Source: Nitrosopumilus sp. (lineage in GTDB: Archaea > Thermoproteota > Nitrososphaeria > Nitrososphaerales > Nitrosopumilaceae). From it: a stretch of 64,000 bases of DNA. Below, one piece after another: positions 39,770 to 50,165 of this stretch. The stretch is from the NCBI GenBank assembly GCA_965204345.1, contig OZ241981.1, forward strand, positions 1,952,001 to 2,016,000, read 5' to 3'. Position numbers and translations under genes: made by a program. The number at the start of each line of letters is the position of its first letter. The first letter of the stretch is position 1. Below the pieces are notes generated by a model. The model was not told the origin of the DNA. It was given only the letters and a program-made list of their open reading frames with translations, and did not search any database.

Positions 39770-41587
39770 TTACATCAAATTTTTGTCATGTGCCACTTTT
39801 TTTTGACCCTTGTACAACGTTATGACTTCCTCGTTTGTTGATGCGTCCTCTACTGCCTTTTCGATTCTGATCTTCCCTGTAAATTTTGGAAATCTCAGGG
39901 CCAATCCTGCATCTTTTCGAATTACATCCATGGCTGCCTTGTGAATTGGACTAAGTGTGATCTCTGATGCGACAACCTCAATGACTAGTTCCGGCTCAAA
40001 CCACACGTCTGCCTCCATCTCACTTGTGATGCGCGGGTTTTTTTTGATTGTTACCTTTGGATAAAGAATCTGATATAACTGATCCAGGGATTCGTCTGAA
40101 AAACCCGTTCCAACCTTACATATGCTTGTGAACGTATCATCATCTTCCTCATATGTTGCAAGCAGTAATGTCCCGTAACTTCCCGTCCTTCTGCCCTTGC
40201 CAAAAAATCCCCCTATCACTACCAGGTCTAGGCTATCTCCCAGCTCGTTTCTGTATTCTCTTTTTAGTTTCAACCAATGACTGCCCCTTGATCCTGCCTG
40301 ATACGGTTTGTCTAATCTCTTTAGCATCAATCCCTCGCTTCCCGCATTGATGCTGTTCTCCATAAAGTCTTCGACCTCGCTTTCATTTTTGACTATCTTC
40401 ATGGGGATGTATTTTGCAAACTCATCTTCCTTGACGTGCCTTTCTAATTTCTCTCTTCTTTCTTTGTAGCTTAGCTCTGCACAGCTTTTTCCATTACAGT
40501 ACAACACATCAAAAAAGTTCACCGTAATTGGATATTCTGCAACTGCCTTTTCTATCTTGTATTTCCTTCTCCTATGCATTAATTCCTGAAATGGCAAAAA
40601 TTCCCCAGTGTTTTCATTTATTGCAACTGCCTCAGCCTCTAAGATAATGCTGTCAGCCTGAATGTTTTTTGGTATCTTTTCTATTATGTCCGGATAGTAG
40701 CTTTCAATGTTTTCTAAGCTTCTAGAAAACAATGCCACTTTTTCCCCTTTTATGTGGAGTTGAATCCTTTCTCCGTCTAGCTTGTATTCTGCAGCAAACT
40801 CATTTCCAAATTTCTCAATTACCTCCTCTTCACTTTTTACCCTGTCTGCCAACATTGGTCTAATGGGATTAAACAAGATGATTTCAAATTTCTCAATTCC
40901 TTCCAATCCTTTTACGGCAATTGTTTCTGCAACTTTGCCCAAGTCACTAGATACATTGTATGCGTGCTGTAATTTTTTTCTATTGTCTTTAGTTCCTGAG
41001 AATGCCATGGCCAATGCGTCCATTACCGTATTTTCTGCAACCCCCAATCGCAGTGTTCCTAGCAGTAACTTTGTAACAAATTTTACCTCAGTTGGCCTGG
41101 TTTTATTCCACAAGCTGGAGATAAAATTAATCTTTTTGTCTTGAATGTTTTTTCCTGCTCCCTCTAGCTGAGAAATTGCCCATAACACCTCGTAAACTCT
41201 TTCAACTGTGTTGGCCTTGGTATCAAAGATTGCCTCATCGTATGTGTCTGAATCAATTCCAAAATCAAATAATCCCGTCTGTGTCTTTTTCTCTAGTGTG
41301 TTTGAAATTGCAGTACCTAGATCCCCTGTTTTGTTCAGAGTCTCTATGATGTCTCTTTCATTAATTCCCAATGATTTTTTTGCCGCCCTTAACACCAGTT
41401 TTTCTGAAACTCCCAGCTCAATTCCTTCAAAATCCGGTCTTAGTTTTCCTTGAATGAGGTAAATTATTTTAGAAATTACTTCATTTGGTGTCTTTTCAAA
41501 TAATTCCACTAAAAACTGTGTTAATTCCAATCTTTTTCTAGTCGATTCCATTTTGCTAAATGATTCAGCTAGTGTTGCAAACTCCAT
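39770..41587 (-). CDS. lig: ATP-dependent DNA ligase
   Basis: EYKLDGER, EGLMLK, WLKLK and LRFPKF motifs. Confidence 0.97.
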   Translation of the reverse strand: MEFATLAESFSKMESTRKRLELTQFLVELFEKTPNEVISKIIYLIQGKLRPDFEGIELGVSEKLVLRAAKKSLGINERDIIETLNKTGDLGTAISNTLEKKTQTGLFDFGIDSDTYDEAIFDTKANTVERVYEVLWAISQLEGAGKNIQDKKINFISSLWNKTRPTEVKFVTKLLLGTLRLGVAENTVMDALAMAFSGTKDNRKKLQHAYNVSSDLGKVAETIAVKGLEGIEKFEIILFNPIRPMLADRVKSEEEVIEKFGNEFAAEYKLDGERIQLHIKGEKVALFSRSLENIESYYPDIIEKIPKNIQADSIILEAEAVAINENTGEFLPFQELMHRRRKYKIEKAVAEYPITVNFFDVLYCNGKSCAELSYKERREKLERHVKEDEFAKYIPMKIVKNESEVEDFMENSINAGSEGLMLKRLDKPYQAGSRGSHWLKLKREYRNELGDSLDLVVIGGFFGKGRRTGSYGTLLLATYEEDDDTFTSICKVGTGFSDESLDQLYQILYPKVTIKKNPRITSEMEADVWFEPELVIEVVASEITLSPIHKAAMDVIRKDAGLALRFPKFTGKIRIEKAVEDASTNEEVITLYKGQKKVAHDKNLM

Positions 41588-41623
41588 TTTACTTCCATGT
41601 GTAATCCTGAATAAAGGTCTGAA

Positions 41624-42034
41624 TTAGATGTATCTGAAGATGGTTGGCTTGTCAGACTTTGGAAGATCTGAGACTAGCGCAAAATTGTAAAATGGATATG
41701 CGTCTTTGTACTGTTTCATAAAACTCCATGCCACATCATGCGTCTTGAACTCTGTCCTTAATCCGGCAATCTCGCTTTTTTGGCCAAATACGTCAAATGG
41801 AACTATGGAGTATTTTTTAGGCCGATTATGCGGCTTTGCTTTTAGAAACCATGCCAGAGCAAAAATAAACACTGCCCCCAAAATAACATATTCTCCTGCT
41901 ACCTTAAAGAATGTTAAAATGATGCTTGGGATGGTCTGTCCAAACAACACTGCCACAAAGCTTGAAAATGATATCACTGCAAGTGCTGTGAAAATATACG
42001 TCTTCCAATCAAATATCCTTTGAAAAGCATTCAT
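41624..42034 (-). CDS. Hypothetical membrane protein
   Basis: Two TMs plus soluble C-terminus. Confidence 0.75.
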   Translation of the reverse strand: MNAFQRIFDWKTYIFTALAVISFSSFVAVLFGQTIPSIILTFFKVAGEYVILGAVFIFALAWFLKAKPHNRPKKYSIVPFDVFGQKSEIAGLRTEFKTHDVAWSFMKQYKDAYPFYNFALVSDLPKSDKPTIFRYI

Positions 42035-42099
42035 TGTCTAGATTGACTAGGATGTTTTTTGATTTAACTATTTCCTATGATTTGCACGATCTGAAATTA

Positions 42100-43233
42100 C
42101 TAGTCCGGATCTTCGTAATTCTCTTTCTTCTTGCCGCTATCTGTTTCTTCCATTGGCCTCATCTTGCCTTCTAGAACATCCATTCTTGCCCTGTATCCTT
42201 CGGCGTATTCCAATTCTGATGGAACAAGTGTTGCCGGATGAATAAAGCCCTGACTTCTAATTGCCATAGCTTTCCTTGTTGCATTTTCTCTGATATAGTC
42301 CCAATCCGGAGTTGAAAAGCCATCAAACGGTCCTGTCAGTTTTCCATTATGCATGCTAAATACCAGTGCCTCAACAATTGGAATACAAAAATTGATTGTA
42401 GCTGCCGAATTTAGCTTTACTGGCATCAAGGGCATGTTGTGACTGCCTCTTGTGTTTCCTGCAACGTAATGGGGATTGTTAAATACACTTCCTACTTCCT
42501 CAGTTGCTGGAAAATTCTTTTGCGTTCTGACTACACAAATTGGATCATCCTTTCCGACATATGTTCCCGCAATATTGTGCAGTCTGTCAGTTGATGCATC
42601 CAAAATTGGCTCACCGTCTTTTGTATAGACTGAATCCACCACATATCTTCCCGGATACATTAGTGCTGCCTCGATAGTCGGCTTGTCTTCCCATAGATGT
42701 AACTCTGCAATCTGTGCTTTCTCTACATCCATAATGTGAATCTTTACTCCGGCTGCAAGACTCTTGTTTACAATCAGTCCTGTGTTGCTTAGCGCATCTA
42801 CAAACATTCTGTAAATTGGATAGTTGAATGCTCCCGGTTCTGTCTTGTCTGCTGCAAATACCGTGAATGCTTCGTTTGATCTTTCTTCGAATTCCATTTC
42901 TGCAACTCCCGGACCCATGCCTTTTACATTTCCTGAAAAAGAATCTTTTAGCAGATCTTGACCTGCCCCATAAAGGCCCTCTTCTTTTGCGACCTGAGTT
43001 CCTGCCATGAAAGCATCCCATGCCAGCTTGTGAATTTGCTGATTATCTACTCCGTGGGTATGTGTCATTACGATGTGGGTATCGTCTCCACAATAACCAA
43101 TGTAATAATCAATAAGCAAATCTGCTGAATTTTTGACGGTATTTCTAATTGCTTCTACTAGTCCGTCACTTGGTTTTGTATGTCCGCCAACCCCGCCGAC
43201 ATCTGCCTTGATAACTGAAACTGTAATCCTCAT
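42100..43233 (-). CDS. fbp: Fructose-1,6-bisphosphate aldolase/phosphatase
   Basis: KADVGG..GH, YGAGQDLLKDSFSGNVKGMGPG and YVGKDDP motifs. Confidence 0.97.
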   Translation of the reverse strand: MRITVSVIKADVGGVGGHTKPSDGLVEAIRNTVKNSADLLIDYYIGYCGDDTHIVMTHTHGVDNQQIHKLAWDAFMAGTQVAKEEGLYGAGQDLLKDSFSGNVKGMGPGVAEMEFEERSNEAFTVFAADKTEPGAFNYPIYRMFVDALSNTGLIVNKSLAAGVKIHIMDVEKAQIAELHLWEDKPTIEAALMYPGRYVVDSVYTKDGEPILDASTDRLHNIAGTYVGKDDPICVVRTQKNFPATEEVGSVFNNPHYVAGNTRGSHNMPLMPVKLNSAATINFCIPIVEALVFSMHNGKLTGPFDGFSTPDWDYIRENATRKAMAIRSQGFIHPATLVPSELEYAEGYRARMDVLEGKMRPMEETDSGKKKENYEDPD

Positions 43234-43363
43234 ATGATTGGTTTTTCTACCTTTGATTTATGTGCTTTTAGCAGAGTTTTATGATCTGTAATTTATTGAT
43301 CTTTTTTGGGTTTTTCTTCAAAAATTCATAACAGTAATAAATGCCCTCAGCAAGCCATCTCAT

Positions 43364-44662
43364 ATGGCAGATAAACCCCACTTGAACCTGATTGTTACAG
43401 GACATATTGATAATGGAAAATCAACTACTATGGGTCATTTTTTGATGGATCTTGGAGTTGTAGATGAGAGAACTATTGCAGCCCACGGTGCAGAATCCGA
43501 GAAAACCGGAAAAGGTGATACCTTCAAGTACGCCTGGGTCATGGATAACATTAAGGATGAAAGAGAGAGGGGCATTACTATAGATCTTGCCTTCCAAAAA
43601 TTTGAATCTCCAAAGTACTTTTTTACTCTGATTGACGCACCTGGTCACAGGGACTTTATTAAAAACATGATTACTGGTGCTTCTGAGGCAGATGCTGCCA
43701 TTTTAGTACTTTCAGCCAAAGAAAGTGAAACTGACACTGCAATTGCAGCAGGCGGGCAAGCAAGAGAACACGCATTCTTGCTAAAGACGCTTGGTGTAAG
43801 CCAAATCATCATTGCAATCAACAAGATGGATGCAGTTGAATACAAGGAAGACGCATTTAATGCCGCCAAAGAAAAGGGTGAAAAACTAGCAAAATCTGTT
43901 GGTTACAAATTAGATAATGTTCCAATCATTCCAGTCTCTGGATGGAAGGGAGATAATCTTGTTAAAAGATCTGAGAACATGGATTGGTACAAGGGTAAGA
44001 CACTGCTTGAAGCATTTGACGACTTTATAGTGGCAGAAAAGCCAGTTGGCAAGCCACTGCGTGTTCCGATCCAGGATGTCTACACCATCACCGGTGTTGG
44101 CACTGTACCTGTAGGCAGAGTTGAAACAGGAGTGATGAAGGCAGGTGACAAAATTATTGTAATGCCCTCAGGTGCTCCTGGTGAAATAAAGTCCATTGAA
44201 ACCCACCACACAGAGATGCCATCTGCAGAAGCAGGTGACAATATTGGTTTTAACTTGAGAGGTGTTGAAAAGAAAGATATCAAGAGAGGGGATGTTCTTG
44301 GTACTCCTGATGCTCCTCCAAATGTTGCAAAGGAATTCAAAGCCCAAATTATTGTGATTCACCACCCAACAGCAATTGCTCCCGGTTATACACCGGTAAT
44401 GCACGCACATACTACACAAGTTGCAGCAACTGTTACTGAATTCCTACAAAAAATCAATCCGGCAACTGGTGCCGTTGAAGAAGAAAACCCAAAGTTCCTT
44501 AAAGTTGGAGATTCTGCAATTGTCAAAGTTAGGCCTGTAAGACCAACTTGTATTGAAACCTTCCAAGACTTCCCTGAGATGGGTAGATTTGCCCTCAGAG
44601 ATATGGGTGCAACTATTGCAGCAGGCATTGTAAAGGAAATCACTGAAGAGTACAAACCATAG
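43364..44662 (+). CDS. tuf: Elongation factor 1-alpha
   Basis: GHIDNGKST, ERERGITID, DAPGHRDF and NKMD motifs. Confidence 0.99.
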   Translation: MADKPHLNLIVTGHIDNGKSTTMGHFLMDLGVVDERTIAAHGAESEKTGKGDTFKYAWVMDNIKDERERGITIDLAFQKFESPKYFFTLIDAPGHRDFIKNMITGASEADAAILVLSAKESETDTAIAAGGQAREHAFLLKTLGVSQIIIAINKMDAVEYKEDAFNAAKEKGEKLAKSVGYKLDNVPIIPVSGWKGDNLVKRSENMDWYKGKTLLEAFDDFIVAEKPVGKPLRVPIQDVYTITGVGTVPVGRVETGVMKAGDKIIVMPSGAPGEIKSIETHHTEMPSAEAGDNIGFNLRGVEKKDIKRGDVLGTPDAPPNVAKEFKAQIIVIHHPTAIAPGYTPVMHAHTTQVAATVTEFLQKINPATGAVEEENPKFLKVGDSAIVKVRPVRPTCIETFQDFPEMGRFALRDMGATIAAGIVKEITEEYKP

Positions 44663-44672
44663 GCGGATTTTT

Positions 44673-44981
44673 ATGACACAAACCGCCCGTGTTAAACTCA
44701 CTTCTACCAGCCTCCCAAAACTAGATGGCGTATGCGGGGAGATCATGGGAATCGGTAAAAAAACTGGCGTTAAAGTCAAGGGTCCAACTCCGCTTCCTGT
44801 AAAAAGGCTGCATGTTGCTACTAGAAAATCCCCATGCGGTAGCGGCACGGAAACCTATGAAAAATGGGAAATGAAAATGCATCGAAGAATTATCAATATT
44901 AACGCCGATGACAAAGCAATCAGACAACTAATGAGACTGAAAATCCCTGACGATGTCTACGTTGAGCTCTCACTAACCTGA
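44673..44981 (+). CDS. rpsJ: 30S ribosomal protein S10 (uS10)
   Basis: KGPTPLP and RKSPCG.G.ETYEKWEMKMHRR motifs. Confidence 0.98.
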   Translation: MTQTARVKLTSTSLPKLDGVCGEIMGIGKKTGVKVKGPTPLPVKRLHVATRKSPCGSGTETYEKWEMKMHRRIININADDKAIRQLMRLKIPDDVYVELSLT

Positions 44982-45021
44982 TCTGCTTAATCCTTAAATT
45001 ATAGAAATTTTGATGATAAGT

Positions 45022-45219
45022 ATGGTTGAAGACACTTTTGATGAGGTAGAAGAAGAATCCCAAGTTGAGACTTTTGAAGTAAACTATTCCTGCCTGAGGT
45101 GTGGTACCCTTGTTTCAAATACTGAATTATCAAGATTGCCTGAAATCAAATGCATTTGTGGATTCAGAGTTTTTACTAAAGCAAGGCCTCCTGTAGTAAA
45201 GACAGTAAAGGCAATTTAG
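45022..45219 (+). CDS. rpoP: RNA polymerase subunit Rpo12 (RpoP)
   Basis: YSCLRCG...IKCICGFRVFTKARP; ATG start chosen at 45022. Confidence 0.85.
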   Translation: MVEDTFDEVEEESQVETFEVNYSCLRCGTLVSNTELSRLPEIKCICGFRVFTKARPPVVKTVKAI

Positions 45220-45417
45220 TTATCTGTCCTTTTTGTAACTGTGCACCCTTTGCAAATGGGTTCTCATATCCTCCATGTTTGAAAAATATTTGTCACATTC
45301 TTTGCAATCATACTGTAAATCTTTTCCATGAACAATTTGCTTATGGTTCATCAATTCTTCCTCTCTTGAGAATTTTTTTTCACAGATTTCACATTTGATT
45401 CTTTTAAAAAATCCCAA
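45220..45417 (-). CDS. Tandem C2H2 zinc-finger protein
   Basis: Two CxxC-x12-HxxxxH motifs; likely TTG start giving MGFFKRIK. Confidence 0.8.
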   Translation of the reverse strand: MGFFKRIKCEICEKKFSREEELMNHKQIVHGKDLQYDCKECDKYFSNMEDMRTHLQRVHSYKKDR

Positions 45418-45419
45418 AC

Positions 45420-45830
45420 TTATCCAAACTCTGCCTTCTTTTCGTCCCAACACTTTCTACATAACTGTCCCTTTATCTTCCAATTTCCTTTCGGGTTGTA
45501 TCTGATTAATCCCATTTTGCCATTACATATGGAACAAAAATTTTTCCGTTTACTGTGCGATTCTTCCTTTTCATCAAAGCATTTTTTGCATAACAGTCCT
45601 TCCATGTCCCATTGCCATCTAGGTTCCCACAAATCCGTAATTTTTTGCGTGATCCCGCAGACAACACATGGCTGTCTGACTTTGCCTTCATAGTATTCCC
45701 TTGATTTTTCAAAATGACAGTCCCCGCAAAGAGATCCCTTGATATTCCATTCTCTCTTTGGTTTGTGCCTGTGAGTCAGTTCTTTGTTACATACTGCACA
45801 AAACGACGGTTTTCTGCTAAATAATCCCAT
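45420..45830 (-). CDS. Multi-CxxC zinc-binding protein (three repeats)
   Basis: Three C-x2-C...W...G.LC-x2-C repeats. Confidence 0.8.
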   Translation of the reverse strand: MGLFSRKPSFCAVCNKELTHRHKPKREWNIKGSLCGDCHFEKSREYYEGKVRQPCVVCGITQKITDLWEPRWQWDMEGLLCKKCFDEKEESHSKRKNFCSICNGKMGLIRYNPKGNWKIKGQLCRKCWDEKKAEFG

Positions 45831-45900
45831 TTTCTTAGATCCTCAAAATACGACATATTCTATAAATGTAAACAAAATAAAAATAACAAAAAAAAAATGA

Positions 45901-46023
45901 TTATTTATCTAAGATTTTTTCAAGGGCCTGACTGGCATTTAGCATACCGTTTCTCTTGGCAAACTCTTCGATCATTTTGTATTGTTTTTCAGTAAAACAT
46001 ACCGGCATTGAACGACTTTCCAT
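45901..46023 (-). CDS. Small ribbon-helix-helix-like protein (40 aa)
   Basis: Not in ORF track. Hand translation: MESRSMPVCFTEKQYKMIEEFAKRNGMLNASQALEKILDK. Confidence 0.6.
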   Translation of the reverse strand: MESRSMPVCFTEKQYKMIEEFAKRNGMLNASQALEKILDK

Positions 46024-46100
46024 GAACAATGTTTGATATTTTTACCTAATATCTTTTTCCCTTGGAAAGATATTTGAATTGTTTTTATTTTTCCTCTAGT

Positions 46101-46616
46101 ATGGGAAAGAAGCGACAAATTTTGGTCATTGGAAACAATACTAATGGGTGTACTCCAAAACACGAACAAATTGCATATGATGTGGGTGTAGAGATTGCAA
46201 AATCCGACTCTGTTTTGGTCAACGGGGGATTAGGTGGCGTAATGCATGCTGCATCTCATGGCGCACATGATGCAAATGGCCTAACTGTTGGAATAATTCC
46301 TCAGGATGACTCTTCTGCAGCCAATGAATTTTGTGACATTGTAGTTCCTACCGGCATGGGTCTTACTCGTGATTATCTCAATGCGTTAAGTGCTGATGGT
46401 GTTATCATCGTTGGCGGGGGGTCAGGCACTTTATCTGAAGCATGTGCATCATACATGTACAAAAAACCTATGGTTGCCGTCAGAAATCTTGGAAGTTCTG
46501 TGGATCCATACATAGATGGATTTATTGATCATCGAAAGAATGTCAAAATCGTTGGCGTTGATACTCCTCGGGAAGCAGTCAGGAAAATTTTAGAACTGAT
46601 TGCTCAAAAGCGATAG
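46101..46616 (+). CDS. LOG-family Rossmann protein (TIGR00725 type)
   Basis: GGLGGVM and GGGSGTLSE motifs; ATG start at 46101. Confidence 0.85.
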   Translation: MGKKRQILVIGNNTNGCTPKHEQIAYDVGVEIAKSDSVLVNGGLGGVMHAASHGAHDANGLTVGIIPQDDSSAANEFCDIVVPTGMGLTRDYLNALSADGVIIVGGGSGTLSEACASYMYKKPMVAVRNLGSSVDPYIDGFIDHRKNVKIVGVDTPREAVRKILELIAQKR

Positions 46617-46979
46617 TTAATTATTTTTTTGTTCATTTCTGTACAATTTGGCGTGACTGTCTCTATTGGATAGTTTTCTTGATTGACAATGTTTGCAATA
46701 ATGAAGGTTACTATAATTCCACGTACAGACAAAACAAATGACTTTTTTTCATTATCTGTTAAAACATGCAAAATTACGCCTTTATCGATACTAAATTTCC
46801 TAGATGATTTACTCATACTTGTATAGTTGGCCTATGTTTATTGATTGGCAATGTCCTCATATGGCTATTCAAATAGTTCACAAAGGATTTTTTTTAACGG
46901 TTATGGTTTCCAACACAACCATTTAACGTATAATTAAACTCCGTAAAAGCCTGCTGGCATGTCATTTTTTGTCAAATTG

Positions 46980-48119
46980 TTACTGCATAGATACTAGCAG
47001 CGGGTCTGGTTTGTAAAATTCGCCATGTTCCTCAGCAAGTCTGTTTAGCTCATCTACAATTTCTTTAATTCCTATCTCTTTTGCTGTCTCAAACAATGGC
47101 TTTTTTAACCCCAGTCCTAACTGTGCGGCTTTTTCAATTTCCTGTATGTCACTTACGCCGTTTGTGACAAGCCATGCTGCATTGTTAAGTACATTTGCAA
47201 CCATTTGAATTGGATTGCACTTTTCTGCCAATTCTTCTGAGAGTGCCACTCTTTCATATTTGTCATCTGAATATCTGTAATACCCTTCCCCTGACTTTTG
47301 TCCTAGCTTTTGCTCCTCAAACATCTTTTCTACTAGCTTGTGCGGATTGATTACCTTTTTGTCTCGCAAGTACATTTCTGTAGTGGCCTTGTGAATTACA
47401 TCCATTCCTGTAAAGTCTGCCAGCTCAAATATTCCCATTGGAAATCCTAACTTGAATTTCACCGCAGAATCAATCTCTTCAAGTGTTGCACCAGTTCTGT
47501 CTTTTACAAAACATGCTTCATGTACCATTGGTATGAATAATCGATTTATTATGAATCCTGGCACATCTTTTCTACACAACACTGTCTGCTTGTTCAGTGA
47601 TTTTACATATTCCTTGGTTATCTCTGTAATTTCCTGTGATGTTTTTTCACCTGGAATCACTTCTACTAGTTTCATTAGCTGTGGCGGATTGAAAAAATGA
47701 ATTCCTATGAATTTTTCAGGGCGTGATGTTGTATTTGCTATTTCAGTAATTGGGAGTGTGCTTGTATTTGATGCAAAAATTACTTTTGATGCGGCGACTT
47801 GATCCAATTCTGCATAGACTTTTTTCTTTAAATCCATTATTTCCGGAACAACCTCTATTACCATTTCTGCGTCTTTTACTGCCTCATTCAAGTCTACTAT
47901 TGGGGAGATTCTAGAATAAACTGAATCACCTTCTTCTTTTGTGATCCTTTGTTTTGTGACCAGTTTATCCAAACTCCATTTTATCTTCTCCATTGCCCTG
48001 TCTAAGAATTCTTGCTTGATATCTCGTAAAACCACATTGTATCCTGCGGTTGCAGAAACCTGTGCAATGCCATGGCCCATGACTCCTGAGCCTAAAACTG
48101 TGATGTTTTTTATTGCCAT
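46980..48119 (-). CDS. 3-hydroxyacyl-CoA (3-hydroxybutyryl-CoA) dehydrogenase
   Basis: LGSGVMGHGIA, SNTSTL, HFFNPP and PGFIINR motifs. Confidence 0.93.
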   Translation of the reverse strand: MAIKNITVLGSGVMGHGIAQVSATAGYNVVLRDIKQEFLDRAMEKIKWSLDKLVTKQRITKEEGDSVYSRISPIVDLNEAVKDAEMVIEVVPEIMDLKKKVYAELDQVAASKVIFASNTSTLPITEIANTTSRPEKFIGIHFFNPPQLMKLVEVIPGEKTSQEITEITKEYVKSLNKQTVLCRKDVPGFIINRLFIPMVHEACFVKDRTGATLEEIDSAVKFKLGFPMGIFELADFTGMDVIHKATTEMYLRDKKVINPHKLVEKMFEEQKLGQKSGEGYYRYSDDKYERVALSEELAEKCNPIQMVANVLNNAAWLVTNGVSDIQEIEKAAQLGLGLKKPLFETAKEIGIKEIVDELNRLAEEHGEFYKPDPLLVSMQ

Positions 48120-48173
48120 GACTACTCGAAAATCGAGTATCCTTTATAATGTATTTCAAAATTTTATAAGGTA

Positions 48174-48341
48174 ATGGGCCTGTTTAATCGAAAAAAGGAG
48201 GATCAAATCAAAACCAAGTGTGATACATGCGGTACAGAGTTGCATGATCCTGAGCGCTTGAAAAGACATATGAAAAAAGCACATGGCAACATACCTGCAA
48301 AAAAATTGGATCCAAATGCAGGTGATGGCGGAACTTGGTAA
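48174..48341 (+). CDS. Small C2H2 zinc-finger protein (55 aa)
   Basis: Not in ORF track. MGLFNRKKEDQIKTKCDTCGTELHDPERLKRHMKKAHG...; its stop overlaps the next ATG. Confidence 0.8.
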   Translation: MGLFNRKKEDQIKTKCDTCGTELHDPERLKRHMKKAHGNIPAKKLDPNAGDGGTW

Positions 48342-48619
48342 TGGAAATCAGTTCTAGTCAAAAAACCGCCTTGATATTTGTGGGTGCTTTTCTTACTGCT
48401 GGCATTGTTTTGTCCGTCCTGGTTTTCCCCTTTTGGAATCTTATTCGTGAGGATGTATATGAGGAAGTGGTTATTTTGACAAATGATAACGGTGTATGTT
48501 ATGTTGAAACATCTGATAATATTCCAAAAACCATCGAAGACTGCCCACTAAATCCTGGCGATAAAACCACCGTAAAATTTGGAGATGGACTTGCATGGGC
48601 AACTATTGTCAACCCCTAA
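48341..48619 (+). CDS. Small membrane-anchored hypothetical protein
   Basis: N-terminal TM; ATG at 48341. Confidence 0.75.
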   Translation: MEISSSQKTALIFVGAFLTAGIVLSVLVFPFWNLIREDVYEEVVILTNDNGVCYVETSDNIPKTIEDCPLNPGDKTTVKFGDGLAWATIVNP

Positions 48620-48656
48620 TCGATGATTTAATATCCTAAAATTTTAATGGTTAACT

Positions 48657-49064
48657 ATGAACTGTATTTTTTGCAAAATTGTCTCCGGTGATATACCTTC
48701 TAAATTTCTTAAGGAAACTCCCTACTCTGTATCTTTTTTAGACGCATTCCCTCTTGCAAAAGGCCACGTACTTGTTATTCCAAAAAAACATCATGAAAAA
48801 CTTCAAGATATGAGTCCTGATGAAAATACTGATTTGTTTTCTCTTACCCGTGAGATGATTTCCAAAGTTGATTCTCTTACTGGTTCAACCTTGCTTGCAA
48901 TTCATAATGGAAGGGAATCGGGTCAGGAGATACCTCACGTTCATGTGCACCTGGTGCCTAGAAGTAAGGATGATTCTGCCGGTGCAATTCACAGCATGTT
49001 TGACTCTACTTTGAGATTGTCTGATTCTGAAATGAACAAACTTTATGAGCAGCTTAAAAGCTAG
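48657..49064 (+). CDS. HIT family hydrolase
   Basis: CIFCKI and HVHVH motifs. Confidence 0.95.
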   Translation: MNCIFCKIVSGDIPSKFLKETPYSVSFLDAFPLAKGHVLVIPKKHHEKLQDMSPDENTDLFSLTREMISKVDSLTGSTLLAIHNGRESGQEIPHVHVHLVPRSKDDSAGAIHSMFDSTLRLSDSEMNKLYEQLKS

Positions 49065-49777
49065 TATGGGAATAGTTTTTCCTTTGTGATTAAATTTTCT
49101 ACTTTAATTGCTTTTGTTGGACATGTTTTGGCGGCGTTCATGATTTTATTGACTCCTGCTCCTTTTTGATTAATTACTGATGATTTTGGATTTGATTGTT
49201 TGATCTTGTCTATCTCAAATACTTCTGGTGCAATAATTTCACAACTGCAACATCCGATGCATAAACTCTTGTCTACATCGACAAACAGGTCTGGCTGTTT
49301 CTTTGGTTCCTGTGCTTTTTCATATTCTCCATTTCTGCCATCTGCACGCACACGTGCGTTATAGTCCTCCCAAAATTTACGCTCATATTCTTTCCAAAAT
49401 TCAGGATCCCCTTCTTCAAATTCTCTTGTATATTTGCCCCAGTCTTGTTCTGGAATATTTCCCTCATCTGGAGCTCCCCACTGTGGTTTTCTTTTGAAAC
49501 CTGATTTTGTTTTGTCTTGATGTGTCCCTTGGTTAGGTGAGCTGTCTTTTTGGGCTTGGTTTTTTTTCAGATGGTTGTATGCCTCTGTAATTTTTTTAAA
49601 TTCTGCACCGTCCTCCTTTGTGTCTTGATTTTTATCTGGATGCAATTCCAATGCTAATTTCCTATAAGCTGATTTGATCTCTTCTTGTGATGCATTCGAT
49701 TCTACTCTTAGTATTCTTTGTGCCTGATACGTGTTCACTGTTGATGGTAACTTGTTATACGTTAAAAATAATTGCAT
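49061..49777 (-). CDS. DnaJ-ferredoxin fusion protein
   Basis: J-domain with HPD; C-terminal CIGCCSC...CP ferredoxin. Confidence 0.9.
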   Translation of the reverse strand: MQLFLTYNKLPSTVNTYQAQRILRVESNASQEEIKSAYRKLALELHPDKNQDTKEDGAEFKKITEAYNHLKKNQAQKDSSPNQGTHQDKTKSGFKRKPQWGAPDEGNIPEQDWGKYTREFEEGDPEFWKEYERKFWEDYNARVRADGRNGEYEKAQEPKKQPDLFVDVDKSLCIGCCSCEIIAPEVFEIDKIKQSNPKSSVINQKGAGVNKIMNAAKTCPTKAIKVENLITKEKLFPY

Positions 49778-49798
49778 GTGGATTTTGATCTGATTTAT

Positions 49799-50161
49799 CT
49801 ATTCTAACGCTATTTCCTCGCTTAATTTCCATGCTGGCTCTACAATGCATAAAAACCTCAAATTTTGGGTTCCTGTATTTCTGATAAATTGCTTTGATTC
49901 TGGGGGAACATATGCAGAATCATCCTTTTCTAAATTGTATATCTTTCCTTCTACGTTTAATTCTCCTCTTCTCTCTAAGACATAATAAATCTCAGATGAC
50001 TTTAATTTGTGTAATTTTGATTTTTTATCTATCTCTAGTGTGAATTCCGCCAAACTGTACTTGATTCCATTTGATGTGTTATGTGGGTGAAAATACTGCT
50101 TTACTTTGGTCCCTTCGTTGCCTTGAATTGAATTTATTTGAGAATTTCTACGTAATGACAT
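49799..50161 (-). CDS. Cupin-domain protein
   Basis: SKLH...EIYYVL..G and YVPP..Q.I.N motifs. Confidence 0.85.
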   Translation of the reverse strand: MSLRRNSQINSIQGNEGTKVKQYFHPHNTSNGIKYSLAEFTLEIDKKSKLHKLKSSEIYYVLERRGELNVEGKIYNLEKDDSAYVPPESKQFIRNTGTQNLRFLCIVEPAWKLSEEIALE

Positions 50162-50165
50162 TTTA

